From the NCBI RefSeq assembly GCF_009914755.1, contig NC_060926.1: DNA of 64,000 nucleotides. One strand, written 5' to 3'. Of the stretch, positions 1-14,027 are shown piece by piece; position 1 is the first letter of the stretch; the number at the start of each line of letters is the position of its first letter. A program made the position numbers and the translations under genes. This DNA is from the human T2T-CHM13v2.0 reference genome, Homo sapiens. The notes below the pieces were generated by a model. The model saw nothing but the letters and a program-made list of their open reading frames with translations. It made no database searches and was not told the DNA's origin.

Positions 1-539
1 TTATTTCACAGTAGGCTAAAATTATGAATGAAAATATGTAAAAATAAACTTAGCATGGCAATTTTGGCATAGCATAGAGCTCATGGATAATGATTACACT
101 TCTCAATAAAACAGTTAAGAATCTCTCTCGGGGCTAACTTTTTATTTTAGGATATGGGATAATGCTAACGAAAGGACTAGATTAGAAATTTATGATTAAA
201 ATAAAATAAGACTAATACTGTTAATAATAAATACTTCTGATAGGTAGACTGGTGATTCTGGAAAGAATGATGGCAAAACTTTTCAGAAAGTTTGGTCCTA
301 CCCATTCTCTTTGACTGTCTCCTGCACAAAGGCTTCTGTGCCTCTTCTTTTCATTTTGGTACATGATCCAATCAAGAGAATATGATCCACATCTCAAAGT
401 TTTATATAATGCTTGCAACAATTCTCTACTAATATGCCTATTGATGATACTGTATATTTGTATTCATCTTTTCCATCTTCTCAGATCTCCTACACCCTGT
501 GTACTAACTTAATATCAGCCATTAATAACTGAGTAAATG

Positions 540-1500
540 GAAGTGACCAAAATGAACTCTATTTTCTGACCACCAATTCCACCAGTCCACCTCTATCTGT
601 ACCCATGCTCTCTCCATATAATGTTCTTCTCCCATCAGATGTCAAGGTTAACTCTTCTGGTGGTAATCTGGATCCTGGATCCACTTCCTGTTTCTGACTC
701 AATAATTTTGTTTCTGAAACTAAATCACTCTTACAAATCACAAATTATCTCGTTACTAGATCATTCACATCAGCATTCAGAAATGCTGTATTATATTTTC
801 ACATTTAATAAAAGAAAAATAAATATCAAATTCCCCTAGTGTTGCCCCGTTTATTTGCTCCTCTTCAAACAAAATTTTCTCAATTTCCTCTTTCCCATTT
901 TCCTCTCAACACATAATAGTTGAGTTTTGTCCCTATTATGTCACTAATCCTTCTGTTTAAAGACACCAGTAATCTCCATTTTGTCAATTCCACTGGTCAC
1001 TTCTTCGTTCCATGTCGACTCATATCACTCTTCTGCTTAGAGCTTGCCGATAAATTTCTATCTGGTTTAGAAAAATGTCTGAACACCTTAGTCTGGCCTA
1101 TTTGTCTACTTCTACTGAAACTTCATCTTCTTTTCCACCCTCACCTTCTGCGCCAGGTAAGTCCCAGTAACACTCCAAGCCTCTTCACAATTTAGTGCCC
1201 TTGTACTTAGCAAATTGGCCAGTGAAGTGTTCTCCCTGAACTCCACACAGCTATGCCCTTCCTGCCTTTCACTTCTCTTGTCCTCAGAGATACCTTGCCG
1301 GATGACGCAACTGAAAGTCAGACATGCTCTTTATACTGTTTTTATTTTCTGCGGAGCACTAATCATTAATTAATATATTAATTCACTGATTTTTTCCTCA
1401 ATAATATGAGACTTATAAGAAATCTTACTTTTCTTTTGCTTCTTCATTTCCAGTCTAGAACACTGCCTGGCACAAAGAAGGCACTCAAAAAATATTGCTT
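540..1500. mobile_element. Degraded L2 LINE
   Basis: L2-like pyrimidine-rich body ending in the typical ...tctagaacactgcctggcacaaagaaggcactcaaaaaatatt 3' end. Boundaries approximate. Confidence 0.6.
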
Positions 1501-1896
1501 AATTTTCTCATCTTTGTATCTCAAATGTCATTACACATAGTAAATGATTAATAAATGCTGGTTGGTATTAAATGATTATAAACTCTCTTGATGAATTTAC
1601 CTACACTATTATTTTATGATGGTAATTTATCAGTGGCTTTTAATAGGTATTAATATCTTTCAGGAAAGATTTGTACTGGAAATAGAAAGTATAAATCAGG
1701 AAGTAGGAACTATTTGATCTCTCAAAACTATTTACTATTTAAGCAGTTGTTTCATAAATGTTAGGAAATGTTTGGGAAATAAAAAGAGTTTTAAAATCAG
1801 TACATATATCTAAATTTAGGACAATTGAGGCAACTCTTTAATCTATTAATTCTATGACTATATCTAGATCAAAGCTTTGGTTTTAGGGCAAAGTAC

Positions 1897-2515
1897 TGTA
1901 GAGGCCAAGGAGAACCTCAGAAGGTTTGCTGAAAAAAATCAAATTGCAAAGTTGATTAATTGGAGAAAAGACAAACACATTTATTTAATATGTATATATG
2001 GGAGCCTTCGGAATGAAGACCCAAAGATAAAGAGGAAATTGTCCACTTTTATGCTTATGTTCAACAAAGTATGTACAGCAGTGCAGAAAAAAGGGTAAGA
2101 ACTAATGCTGATATACTGAGTGGGGAAACCCAGGAAGGTCTATCTGTCTAGACTCTTCCTGGCCTCTTTAAGCCTGCATTCCTTCCTTCTGGGTATAGAA
2201 CATGACCCCTTCTGGAATGGGAGTTTTAGTACCTACAGTCAAACAAGGTATATCAGATAATTTCTTTATGGGTCAGTTTTTACACAGAAAGGTGGAGAGA
2301 AAAAGTAATATTTGTAGGTTTTTATGGCTGGCTTTGGAGAAAAAGGGTTCTAGTTTCTGTGACCTGCCTTGGGGAAGAGGGATTATAGGTTCTATGGCTA
2401 GCCTTAAGGAGAATGGAACTGAGAGAAAAGAGGGCAGGAGGTCAGAGAAAAACTTTAGCTTCTGAGGCTGCTGCTGAGGCCTTCATTTGGTGATATTGTT
2501 TTCTGAACCCCAACA
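1897..2515 (-). mobile_element. ERV1 solo LTR (MER34/MER39-like)
   Basis: TG...CA termini with 4-bp TSD GTAC (1893-1896, 2516-2519). The minus strand begins TGTTGGGGTTCAGAAAACAATATCACCAAATGAAGGCCTCAG. Confidence 0.8.
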
Positions 2516-3445
2516 GTACCCAAAAGCCCACAACCGTATATTTTGTATTATCAGGACATTCTTCACTCAAATCAAAGCATCTGGCATCCCACATTTCACC
2601 TAGATTACTTTGGAGTTCCAAGGTACAGCAAAACACATTAAAACCAATTAATAAAGAAGAATAAATTTATATTAAGGTGAGCAGTAAGATGGAAACACCA
2701 GAATAACCAAACACTCAAAGGACCTTACAAAAAATTATTCTTGATTCCAACTTTGAATGTTAATCACATTTTAGAGAAAAAATAATTAAGATCAGTTGAA
2801 GGAAAGCAAATAATGAAATCTTTAAAGTTCACTACTCTTACAGATTTTGAAAAAGTTAAACAGAGGGTCGTTATGTTTAAAATACGTTGTGGGACTCTAT
2901 TATTGAATAACAGCCTTTTAATCTTTGCGGTTTTTGCTACTAGATACAACAGTGCTCTTTTAATGATCTAAATCTTTCCATTAGTCTAAAAAGAACAACT
3001 TGACCACATTATCCATTATCTTTGTTTCCAGAAATTTACTCTTGAAATTCTTTAAACTTTGCTTTTATATCTCTTATATTTTCTTCTAACACAAGCAAAA
3101 ATATTTGAAAATCACAATATTTTTTAGGACTTTTTTCTTTATCCTGCAAGAAAAGGTGACTTTAAAATTGTTGCCCTAATCAAGATTTGTGTTGACTTAA
3201 AAGGGTCTATCTACAAACTTCAATTTTATATTGGCCTAACATGTTTGAAAATATAATTTTCTTTTGTTTGAAGAAAGTTCCTCAAAATAGGACCAATTGT
3301 TTCATATTTCAATATTCACCTCCCAAATTAGTGCATAGTAGACAGCTAATAAACATCTGCAGAATTAGTAACATAAACATAATGCTTGTTAGTGTCAAGT
3401 GGCTGAAATTCGATGATTCCAATTTCTGTGTTTAAAACAATAACA

Positions 3446-3775
3446 GGCCGGGCGTGGTGGCTCACACCTGTAATCCCAGCACTTTGGGAGGCCACAGTGG
3501 GCGGATCACAAGGTCAGGAGTTTGAGACCAGCCTGGCCAACATGGTGAAACCCCGTCTCTACTAAAAATACAAAAATTAGCCTGGTGTGCTGGCAGGCAC
3601 TTGTAATCCCAGCTACTCAGGAGGCTGAGGCAGGAGAATCACTTGAACCCAGGAGGAGGAGGTTGCGGTGAGCCGAGATTGTGTCATTGCACTCCAGCCT
3701 GGGTGACAAGAGCAAGACTCGATCTCAAAAAAATTAATAAAATAAAAAATAAATAAAATAAATTTTAAAAATAAA
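3446..3775 (+). mobile_element. Full-length AluS
   Basis: GGCCGGGCGTGGTGGCTCACACCTGTAATCCCAGC..., dimeric, with A-rich tail. Confidence 0.97.
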
Positions 3776-4571
3776 TATTTCAGGAAATACTTAAGTTTTC
3801 CTTGAAAAACACTCCATTCATCCTCTTTATATTTTTACACACCTTCAAATTCTTTTTATGACATTTACACCTTTCTGATCCCACTTGTAAACACTCTGTA
3901 AACATTACACAGTCAGTGTTTAAAAATTTTTTTCATTAAAAATTCTTTCTCAACATAATACAAACACAGATTTACGCATTTACAGGACAATTATTCCTCT
4001 CTCATTTACCTTTAAATAGCAGTGTCCCTGCCCATTGCTTACTCTACCAGTTTGATATAATGGATCCTTTGGTGGCAACTACATGCATTTTATTTTCCCA
4101 AAGAGAATCTTAATATACATCACTTCCTTCACAAAGAATTTCAGTAAGAGGGAAGAAGAGATATCCTGGAGACTCAAAATATCATTATTAATTGCAACCA
4201 GCTAAATCTCTGATAATTTATTTTATTCACAAAAAAAAAAATTATTTGCTGTGAAACAAAGAATTCTTATTAGGAATTATTAATAAGGTATTATGAACAA
4301 CCTAAACTTGAAGGTTAAATGTGTGTATATTTTTATATGCCCATTTGGAAAGGTTCATACTTAAAAAAAACTCTCAATACTCATGTTGCTAAATAATAAA
4401 GAGGCCATGAAATTAAATAAATACATGTTAATATTAATGCTTTATGTTGGCCTGAAACTTGCTTTATTGTGGCTTTGATCTACTTTTACCCAGGGCTGCC
4501 ACCAATCTATATGCCACTTTGTGGGAAGTGGAATATGAGTCACCTCCACATAGAGACACAGTGACTTAGAG

Positions 4572-5007
4572 CAGCGATCCCAAACCTTTTTGGCACCAGG
4601 AACTGGTTTTGTGGAGGAAAATCCATAGACTGGGGAGGGGGGTGGTTTCAGGATGATTCAAACACATTTATTTTGCACTTTATTTCTATTATTATTACAT
4701 TGTAATATCGAATTAAACAACTATACAACTCACCATAATATAGAATCAGTGGGAGACTTAGCTTGTTTTCCTGCAACTAGATGGTCTCATCTAGGGGTGA
4801 TGGGAGACAGTGACAGATCATCAGGTATCAGATTCTCATAAGAAGCTCACATTGTAGATCCCTCACATGCACAGGTCATCACAGGGTTTGCGCTCTTATG
4901 ACAATCTAATGCTGCCACTGATCTGACAGGAGGTGGAGCTCAGGCAGTAATGTGAGCAATGGGGAGCGGCTGTAAATACCTGGTTCTCTGGGGGTTGGGA
5001 ACCCCTG
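4572..5007 (+). mobile_element. MER1-family hAT-Charlie non-autonomous DNA transposon
   Basis: Termini cagcgatcccaaacctttttggcaccagg ... ggggttgggaacccctg. Near-perfect 8-bp TSD acttagag/acttacag. Confidence 0.88.
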
Positions 5008-7130
5008 ACTTACAGGCAAGACTTGATAAACTGATCACTAGCAGAAAATCAACTGCCATCTGCCTTCTTAGCTAAATGCCCCTGTGCAAGGCACAAAGTT
5101 TGTAAATTAACTCAGTGGCCCTGTCCTTTGGATCTAGGACTAAGAATTCATTCCACATGGCAATCTGTACTGGGTATCTTTGTCATGGTGTCTTCCGTGT
5201 CTGTTTTCCTTTATCAATTAAAAAAATAACTATGATCTCCTATTCAGAGATCCTTTGCACAGAGTTAGCTATAGAATGTATTATACCAGGAGCAATGACT
5301 TAATCCAAATGCATTGCAACTAGAGGCTGACTTGAAACTTTAAAGTGGCCAGGGATGCAATCATCTGTCCCAAATGCAGAACCATTAGCTAAACAAATCA
5401 GACCGACTCTCTCAAAGACACTGGCAAACACTGGTCACAGAAAATGCTCAGAGAGGTGCAGAGACATACATGAACTATTCCTGCAGAATTCTTACTAGGG
5501 AAGCCAATTGTTCAAGGGCTAATGATTTTCTAATTACGGTATCTATATATGGTTCTCATTTGTCTTAAAGATATCTCAGATTAATCCTCTATTTCTGCAA
5601 CAGGAAAGGAATGCCTACTAAGTACACAGTCCTTCTTGCTCTTAAAAAGAGTTATCTGATTCGGGAGTCATTCTTTAAGTCCAACATTTCATCTTTCTTC
5701 ATTAATTAATTATATGTAACAAAAGAGTTACATATAGAGTATATGTATATAGAGTATAGAATTGACACTCAAGCGACAAATAAAAACAATGGTGCTATCT
5801 TTGGTGATTTATAGGCTTTAAAAATTATCAGACATCCTTGGGGCAATATAAGAAAATTATATGTATTCATTCCTAGTAGGTAGAAAATTTGTGTTAAACC
5901 AAATCTGTATCACAGAAGTTAATTTTTATAATTGTAGCTTCATATTTTTTATTTATCTCAGTCATTATTAGTGGATTTAAAGAATAAACATCATGGTTAT
6001 AGATTTCTGGCTTTTGTAGTGACTGATTCAATTAACATTATTAATTGAGCCCTGCATATTAAAAACTATGGCATGTAATGTGAGAGTACAGAAAGAATAA
6101 AATATGCAGTCCTTGCACTCATGAGATAATACATCTGATGTAAAAAAAAATACTAAAAATCATGAAATTATTTGCACATTACAGAGCAGCCTGAGAAGTG
6201 CGTTCTACTCTAAGTGATCCAAGTTTCCCAAACAGAGATCAATGAGGGTGACTCGTTCAAAGCTCCCTAACTAAAATTAACTCAATTATTCAAACTGCCA
6301 TTTTTTCTCATGATGTGAATACAGTTTTACTATTTCAATAAAAGTTATAGTGATTATTGATAAAGACTTTTGGTACAAAATGCCAGACCAGGGATCAGAA
6401 ATGAGCTTCTATTCCATGTTATTCTCATTTTGGCCACAATTAACTTACATCTATAGGACAAACACCCAACAGATCTTTAGGCCTGAAAGGCAGAAAGAAA
6501 CCAGTACCTGGGGATTGTGCCTTTTCAAGCTTACACAGCAGGATATGAAGAAAAGAGGTCATGATTTGTGCTAAAGTAACTCCAAAGAATAACATATTTA
6601 TCAGAATACAAAACACAGATATACTTGAGGAAAGGCTGACCTAAAATTGCTGACCATCTTGTCTGGTAGTGGAGCTTTTTCTTCACTCTAAACAGTCAGA
6701 TTTTTAGTCTCATCATAGATACCCAAGATTTCCTGTTCTGAACAAGTCAGCTCTTTATATTTGTGGCATTATCTTACTAAGGCCCTCAATGTAATTCCTG
6801 GGTAGCTTTTATCCCTATCTGTTTTTTTTCCCATCTAAAATCTAATCTTCATACCAATATGAAATAAATCTAGCGTAATTGCAATTTGAGAATGTAAATT
6901 TCAAGCTCTTAAAAACTACAGTGCCTAATAATTTGCATTGTAACTAAATACATGTGCTCACATACCCACACACTCCCACGACTCATAATTAAATTTCATT
7001 TAAAATTTGTTCCCTTACTATATAAAATGTACTTGTATTTTCCATTCCCTTCCATTGTATTTCATTTCATTTCATTCCACTCCATAAATGCCAACCATGA
7101 GCCACTGAATTAATTTGATGATCCTCTAAA

Positions 7131-7486
7131 ATAGTGGTTCCCAAAATGTGGTTCCAGGGCCCCCTGGAACACCCAAGACTCTTCCAGGGAATCCACAAGG
7201 TTCTTTTCATAAAACTACTAAGATGTCATTTGTCTCATTCACTCTCAACATCTTGCAAATGTATACTAGTGTTTTCCAGAAGCTACATGATTTGATGATG
7301 TCATCACTCTGAGAGATAATGGAAAGTATTCTTGTATATTCTTTTCTTTAAATAATTTTCTCAACTTTAATTTCTAATACAGTAAATATTTATAAACATA
7401 ACCATATAAACAAAAACTCTTTGGGTCTCTCAGTAATATTTAAGAACTTAAAGAGATCAAGAGTCCAAAAAGTTTGAGAACTGCTA
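7131..7486. mobile_element. hAT-Charlie DNA transposon remnant
   Basis: Ends tagtggttcccaaaatgtggt ... aaaagtttgagaactgct resemble Charlie-type TIRs. Confidence 0.7.
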
Positions 7487-8794
7487 ATCTAAAGCAAGCT
7501 TCCATTTGAAAAACAGTGACTTAAATGGAATCATTGCATACATACACACATACAAGTCTCTTTCCATACTTTTCTATTCTCTGCAAGGCAAAATGCAAAC
7601 TGGCACCAAATGTCTTACAACAAATTAGCTGTGATTCTACTATTTCCTACTATTCTCTGCTCTTTACTAGGAAACTCCATCTAAGTCCCCTAAATATATA
7701 ATGTTCACCTCTGCCTTTGAGTCTCATTTTATAGTATACTCTTGAAATATATTTAACACTATTTTCTGCTAACATAAGTCCTATCTAACTATGTGGACAT
7801 CTGCAATTTCTTTGCTTGCCCTGCGTCCTTTCTTTTTTGGAACTGACCCTTCCGGATTCCTTGAATTCACACGGGAATGCGAATTATGTGGCCCTAACCT
7901 TTCATAGGCCTGAGGATTCATACCAGTCAATCAAACTACCCCATACCTTTGGTACTAGTGTGCAGATTACATGGGAAGGGCTAACCCAAGAGCAGTCGAG
8001 GGAGATATATCAATGTTAGGGGAAGAAGAAATTGTGTTTTGTTCTCTAAGATTGCTCACTGTTAGGAAGGCAAGGAGAAGGCCAGCCTTATTAAGCAATG
8101 GCTTAGGGACACTGTGGCACAATTCTTTTTACATATATATTTTTTATATTTTGTCCCAGTGTCCCCTTGACTAGACATCTGCATATGTCTGTCCTTTGGC
8201 ATTGCTCCCAATAATGCCTGTGTGCCCTGTAGACTCCCTATTTTCTGATGAGGACTTGTACTGTTTTCAAATGCCTCTCTATTCCCTTTAAGACACTCTA
8301 TTAATTTACTTTGCAATCAATTATTTTATGTTATTCTTTTTTTTTTTTTTTCTTAGAAACTCACTAGGTGCACAAAGGAACAATTCTGTCTCTGCAACTA
8401 AGTGGGGATTCTTTCTTGTATTTCCTAAAACTCTAAAAGAACTCTAATTTTTAATATATTTTTGGAACCTATTTGCTTGAATTTTTTCCCTTGAAAATGA
8501 TTGACAAATTGAATGCTGTGTTATCTTAACAGTTTCCTTACATCTTCTTTAATTGCTGTGTCATGCACAGTTTTTCTTCACTTATGTTTTGAAGAGAATA
8601 TGTTATCCTTCCCCCACCCTAAATGTTATCCCTTTTTGATTTGAAAAGGCACACAACTTAAACACATGAAATGAAGATAATTTCCATGCTATTTAATGTA
8701 AATTTGGAATCTTCTAAAGTAAAAATATTAGGGGACCAAGTAGTTAATGTCTATATTAATAAAGGAAAAGTGAATACACCACCTCTGTAATGTT

Positions 8795-8935
8795 AGAAGA
8801 CAGAAGTACTCGGGAACTGTAACCATGTGTACATTTCAGTAAGATGAAAATTGAGCATACCACAAACAGAAGACAGAAGTACTCGGGAACTGTAACCCTG
8901 TGTACATTTCAGTAAGATCAAAATTGAGCATACCA
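8795..8935. repeat. Tandem duplication, 73-bp period x2
   Basis: agaagacagaagtactcgggaactgtaacc...gagcatacca at 8795-8862 and 8868-8935, 2 mismatches. Confidence 0.95.
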
Positions 8936-10409
8936 AAAAAATCATCGATTAAATAACATTCCAAATGTCCTCAGCAAGTAGACTTTGTTATGCATGCTTG
9001 GGATTCATATTAAGATATAGCCAAAAGAATTCATGATTCCGTTACCTCCTTCAGAAATTGAAAACAATGATCATCAAAGGTCAAAGATGCCTTCTTATGC
9101 TAAATTTTATTATCAACAGGTCATTTGAAATTTTGAAGGCATAGCTTAATGTTCTTAGAATTAGCACTTCTTAATTAACCAAACAGCATAACAGAATTAT
9201 AGAGAGGGAGAAAAACCCTCAGTTAAAATGACATAAATAGTAATTTGTGAAGTTCAATACCTCTTGGTCTGCTAATTATTATATGATGCTTCATTACCAT
9301 TTAAAATACCACATATAAAAAGAAAAGGAAAGAGAAAGAAAATTTAGAGCACATTCATTATATAATTTTGATTTATTTTACAAATGCAATTATAATCATA
9401 TTTGGGGGTCAGAGATAATAATTTTGCTCAATATTTCATAAGGAAAGAAAATCTAATTTTTCATATGTAGTCACATTTTAATATGAGCATATTTTATATG
9501 TGATACATAATATTATATACATAATTTTACATATGACTGGCAGAATTTCTGCATTATATATACTTTTTATGAATCACTTAAGTTGGTTTTTAAAAACACA
9601 ACTACATATACCAAGACCACATATGCCTCAGTAAGAAGAAGTATGAAATTATTTAAACTCTCATTCAGGAAACACTACAAGTTTAAATGAAGTAACAGAA
9701 AGTTACTGCAGAATAATCTCTCTATTCAACAAAAATATTACACAGTTTGAAAGTAATGTAAGTGGGTCCACCACATTAAACACACTCCTACCCTCTACTG
9801 ACCTATTTTCTAGACTCTAAGTCAGAGTATGGAATTTATCTAAGTTACTTCAATCCTCTTATCTTTCTAAAAACCAAAGGCAGTATGCATTTATAATGCT
9901 TCCTTAACTCACATCACTTCATAAATCTGTTTTCTTAAAAAAAGTCATATCATAAATGAGCATGCAAAGCACATACTGCCTCATTCAAAAAATGTTTAAT
10001 CATTAGAAATAGGGCATTGCATCTATTATCATTTTTAAAGTGTTAATGTGATAGCAATCTGAAACAACAAATAAAACATCTAAGAAAGGAAAGCTATACA
10101 CCTTTTCTTCTTAGGATTATTCTCAGTATTGCAGCATGTTGATGGCTTTACTAAACTTACCAGGCTATTTTCTCACCTAAAAGTTGGACATCAGTGGGCA
10201 AAATATTGCCCTACTGATACTACAGTGATCTATACATTTTAAATATTCTTTAACTGTTCCAAAATATATATATTCATTTTAAACAAAATAGGAAAAAGAA
10301 ACAGATATGAAAAAGACATTACCTGTAAGTCCACTGCCCAGAGGAAAATGCCATTAAAACTTATTCTTATACATATTCTTCCAGAGACCATACTCTGAAT
10401 ATGGATATT

Positions 10410-10471
<62 letters not shown>

Positions 10472-10480
10472 TATATTATA
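10410..10480. repeat. (TA)n microsatellite
   Basis: About 25 uninterrupted TA units plus degenerate flanks. Confidence 0.97.
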
Positions 10481-12330
10481 GATAGATTTGTTTTTAAATG
10501 GAATTATAATTTTCCATAGTAAGCTTTATTCAATTCTTAATAACAACAAATATATTTTCAGGTCAACAATATGTATTTGTATAATCTGCATCAATGTTGT
10601 TAATGGCTGCACAATATATTTTCAATTACCATACCATAATTCAGTTAAAAATCTCTTACCAGATATCTAATCCCTTTCCTTCCAACTTCTGATACTGTAA
10701 ACAAAATGTTGGAATAAATATCCGATTACTATAATGTGTGCATCTTTCTTAGTGTTTTGCATACAATGCTTGGCTAATGCAGGGTATCAATGAAAGTTTG
10801 TTGCATTAATGATTGGATGGATGAATAAAGTAACAAATGTGGGTTTTTAAAATATCATTTAAAGGAGCACGTCTATTTGATATTCAGATTTTGAGTCAAA
10901 TCACTTCACACTTCTTTGTGCTTTTCCCCATGAATTATGATAACGAGAAAACATGCATAATGATTAAATGACTTTCATCCCCGGATGCTTCCTTAATATG
11001 TGTGAACTTGTAGGACTATAAGTAATGCTCTGTGTGAGATAACATACTCAACAAATGTTCTAATAGAGAAGAAAAAACGTAATTGTTGTTTTTAAATGTA
11101 GTATAAACTTCATAGGATGCTGTAATTTTCCATTTATTTTTCTTGCATAAAATACATAGAATTACATAGGAAAAATAATTTCAGCATAACTCATATGTCC
11201 CAACTCTCCTCTAGGATTTTCTAAATTTGATTTAACAAGCAGCTAATGAGCATTTATGTCTGACATTAAGCTAATCACAATAGAGAATATTTAAAACCTT
11301 GATATAGCTAAAACACATAACTTACATGGTCATCGTATGTAATTTAATTACAGAAAGTAAGCGATTTCCTCTGTGATATGAGAAAAGACTAAGATTCTCC
11401 AGCTAAGATAAACAGATGCAATATTTACATCAGCTGGAAGGAAGAGAGAACTTCCTCACCCATGGACAATGTGACAGCAATTCCATCCCTATTCTCAGCA
11501 CAGTATCCTCCTTGTTTAACAAATACCTTGGAAACTTGCCAGTTTTCAGGTATTTCCATCTTGGGATACTAGCCAGTTATTCAGGACATGAAACCAGGAC
11601 AAGAAGCCAGATGTGCAACATATAAGAGTAATAATTATTTTCCTTTTGATTCCCTTATCATGACAATGGAGGATATAACCTATATTTTCAATTATAAATT
11701 ATTTCATAGACTGACAGAATTTATAAAAGTTCACCTGAATTTTTAAAAATGATATGCCTACTATGCACAAAATCACATACCAGACCATGCAGGGCTTGCT
11801 CTGTGTCTCAGTTAAATCTGGCAACGAACCTTGGTCAACCTGTAAAACCCCATGGATTCTCACTGAACACACTGTACTTTCTCAGAAGAAAAGGATTCTA
11901 CGTATGCCATCAGAGGCTACTCAGTAAGCAACCAACACCATTCAATATATTCATTTATATTTCCCTAAGTTTCTTCACTGTCAACCTTTAATATCTATTT
12001 TCCTGAAAGAGAGCTGAAGCACACATAATGGTTTCAAACATCTGTTTGTTCTAATTTTAACAAAAGTTGTCCCATGATTAGAAGCCAACTATTTGGAGTA
12101 ATATCACGTTTGTTCTCTATAAATAATATAATTAAATTGCTACAACTAACAGGAAAAATAGGAGGTAGCCAACAATATAAATAAACCACAAACCGTGTTT
12201 AACCTAGATTTGCATATCGTTCTCTTAGTTTTGCTATGGTTGGAATGGTTTTACTAGAGTTAAATTTCTTTAAATCAGGAGATGTCTGATTAAAATTTTG
12301 AAATGTTGCTTTCTAAATTCTGCTTTTTCT

Positions 12331-12428
12331 TAGCTCACTGCAACCTCCACCTCCTGGGTTCAAGCAATTCTCTGCCTCAAACTCTTGAGTTGCTGAGACT
12401 ACAGGTGCACCCCACTACATGTGCCTGA
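12331..12428 (-). mobile_element. Alu right-arm fragment
   Basis: gctcactgcaacctccacctcctgggttcaagcaattct...actacaggtg. Confidence 0.88.
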
Positions 12429-12430
12429 AG

Positions 12431-12461
12431 AAAGTAATGGCAAAAACCGCAATTACTTTTG
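12431..12461. mobile_element. Half of a MADE1 (Hsmar1 mariner MITE)
   Basis: aaagtaatggcaaaaaccgcaattacttttg matches one arm of MADE1. Confidence 0.8.
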
Positions 12462-13332
12462 AGGTAATTAATATATTAATAGTTTCTACTTTTGTTGTAT
12501 ATATTAATAATGAGCTGTTCATTCAAAAGTTTTTACCTAAAAAACAGTTTGCTAAAAGAAAAGCCATTGCATTACAATATTTTGACAGCTTTTGGCTTAG
12601 AAATTAGAAAATAAAATAACCACCAACTAATATAATCTTTAGAACATTTTTCTTTGCTTTTCATCTTTTGAATAAGTGACAAATATTAATTAGGAATAGT
12701 AGTGATAGTTTATGAAGGTAATAACCACTACTGTAACATGTTAATAATTTAATTAAGCTAGTTTCTATTATGAAGCAAATTTAGAAAAGGGGAGTAAATA
12801 AATGTACACAATAATGCATTTTATCTCTTCAATCAAAAAATCCATAGATGCTAATGTAATTTGTTAAAATGCCACAACGCTATTGAAAACCAAAGTTGCC
12901 ATATGATAAAGTGATATTTATTAAACCTATCATTCCAGAGAGTTTTCCTGCCTTTTGTTATAAATGTATTTAACTGAGGCCATATTTTCTTCACATTTGT
13001 TCCCTAGGTTTGCTTCCAGAAAGATTATCTATGGTAGAATAATCTTTATAATAAATCTCAATATACCCTGCTGTGCCCTAACACTTTAACACTTTAGGGC
13101 AACAAATTGCCCTAAACACTTGTTAGTTCTTCTAGGCACAGAGAGCTACTATGGCATTAAAATAGATGTATGCAGCACCACATTACATTTTAAAAAGTAA
13201 TTACAGATATCTCTTCTGTGATCACCTATAATGTAAGGTCCAAGCCCTTCTGTTGAGGCAGGAACTATCAGAAAGATAAAAATTGATTCTGAAATAAAAT
13301 GCTTATTTCCCAATATTATAAGAAACATAACT

Positions 13333-13642
13333 GTCTCGGCGTAGTGGCTCACATCCGTAATCCCAGCACTTAGGGAGGCTGAGGTGGGTGGATCACTTGA
13401 GGCCAAGAGTTTGAGACCAGCCTGGCCAACATGGTGAAACCCCTTCTCTACAAAAAATAACAAAAATTAGCCAGGTGTGGTGACAGGCACCTGTAATCCT
13501 GGCTACTCAGGAGGCTGAGGCAGGAGAGTTACTTGAACGCAGGAGGCAGAGGTTGCAGTCAGCCAAGATCGCACCACTGCAGTCCAGCCTGGGTGACAGA
13601 TAGAAACTCTATCTCAAAAAAAAAAAAAAAAAAAAAAAAAAG
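13333..13642 (+). mobile_element. Full-length Alu (AluS-like)
   Basis: Dimeric Alu with long poly(A), flanked by TSD-like aagaaacata. Confidence 0.96.
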
Positions 13643-13977
13643 AATGAAAAGAAACATAGAAACATACCCAACTTATTCATTGTGGAAGATTGTCTCTTCA
13701 GCCATTTGTATTACGTATTAATTTTTTTTATATTATGGTTTCTACTTTTGTCATACATCTATTAATGATGAGCTGTTTATTCAAAAGTTTTTAACCAAAA
13801 GAACAGTCTGCTAAAAGAAAATCCTTTCCATTACGATATCTTTGACAGCTTTTGGCTCAGAAATTAGAAAATGAAATGATAACCACCAACAAAGGGATTC
13901 TGCAGCTGAGTATGGATTTCCTCCCAGTGACAGGCATTTTTGTAAGCACAGAGCCTAATAATTGTTTGAATAAACAA

Positions 13978-14027
13978 TGTGTGTGTGTGTGTGTGTGTGT
14001 ATGTGTGTGTGTGTGTGTGTGGTGTGT
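13978..14027. repeat. (TG)n microsatellite
   Basis: Read directly. Confidence 0.96.

Noticed and set aside
8795-8935. Repeat-spacer-repeat pattern as a CRISPR-like array
   Set aside because: Only two near-abutting copies in human DNA, with no spacers or cas genes.
13149-13721. Alu-derived ORFs (also near 16142, 27514, 29301, 36647, 49545)
   Set aside because: Standard Alu translations without evidence of exonisation.
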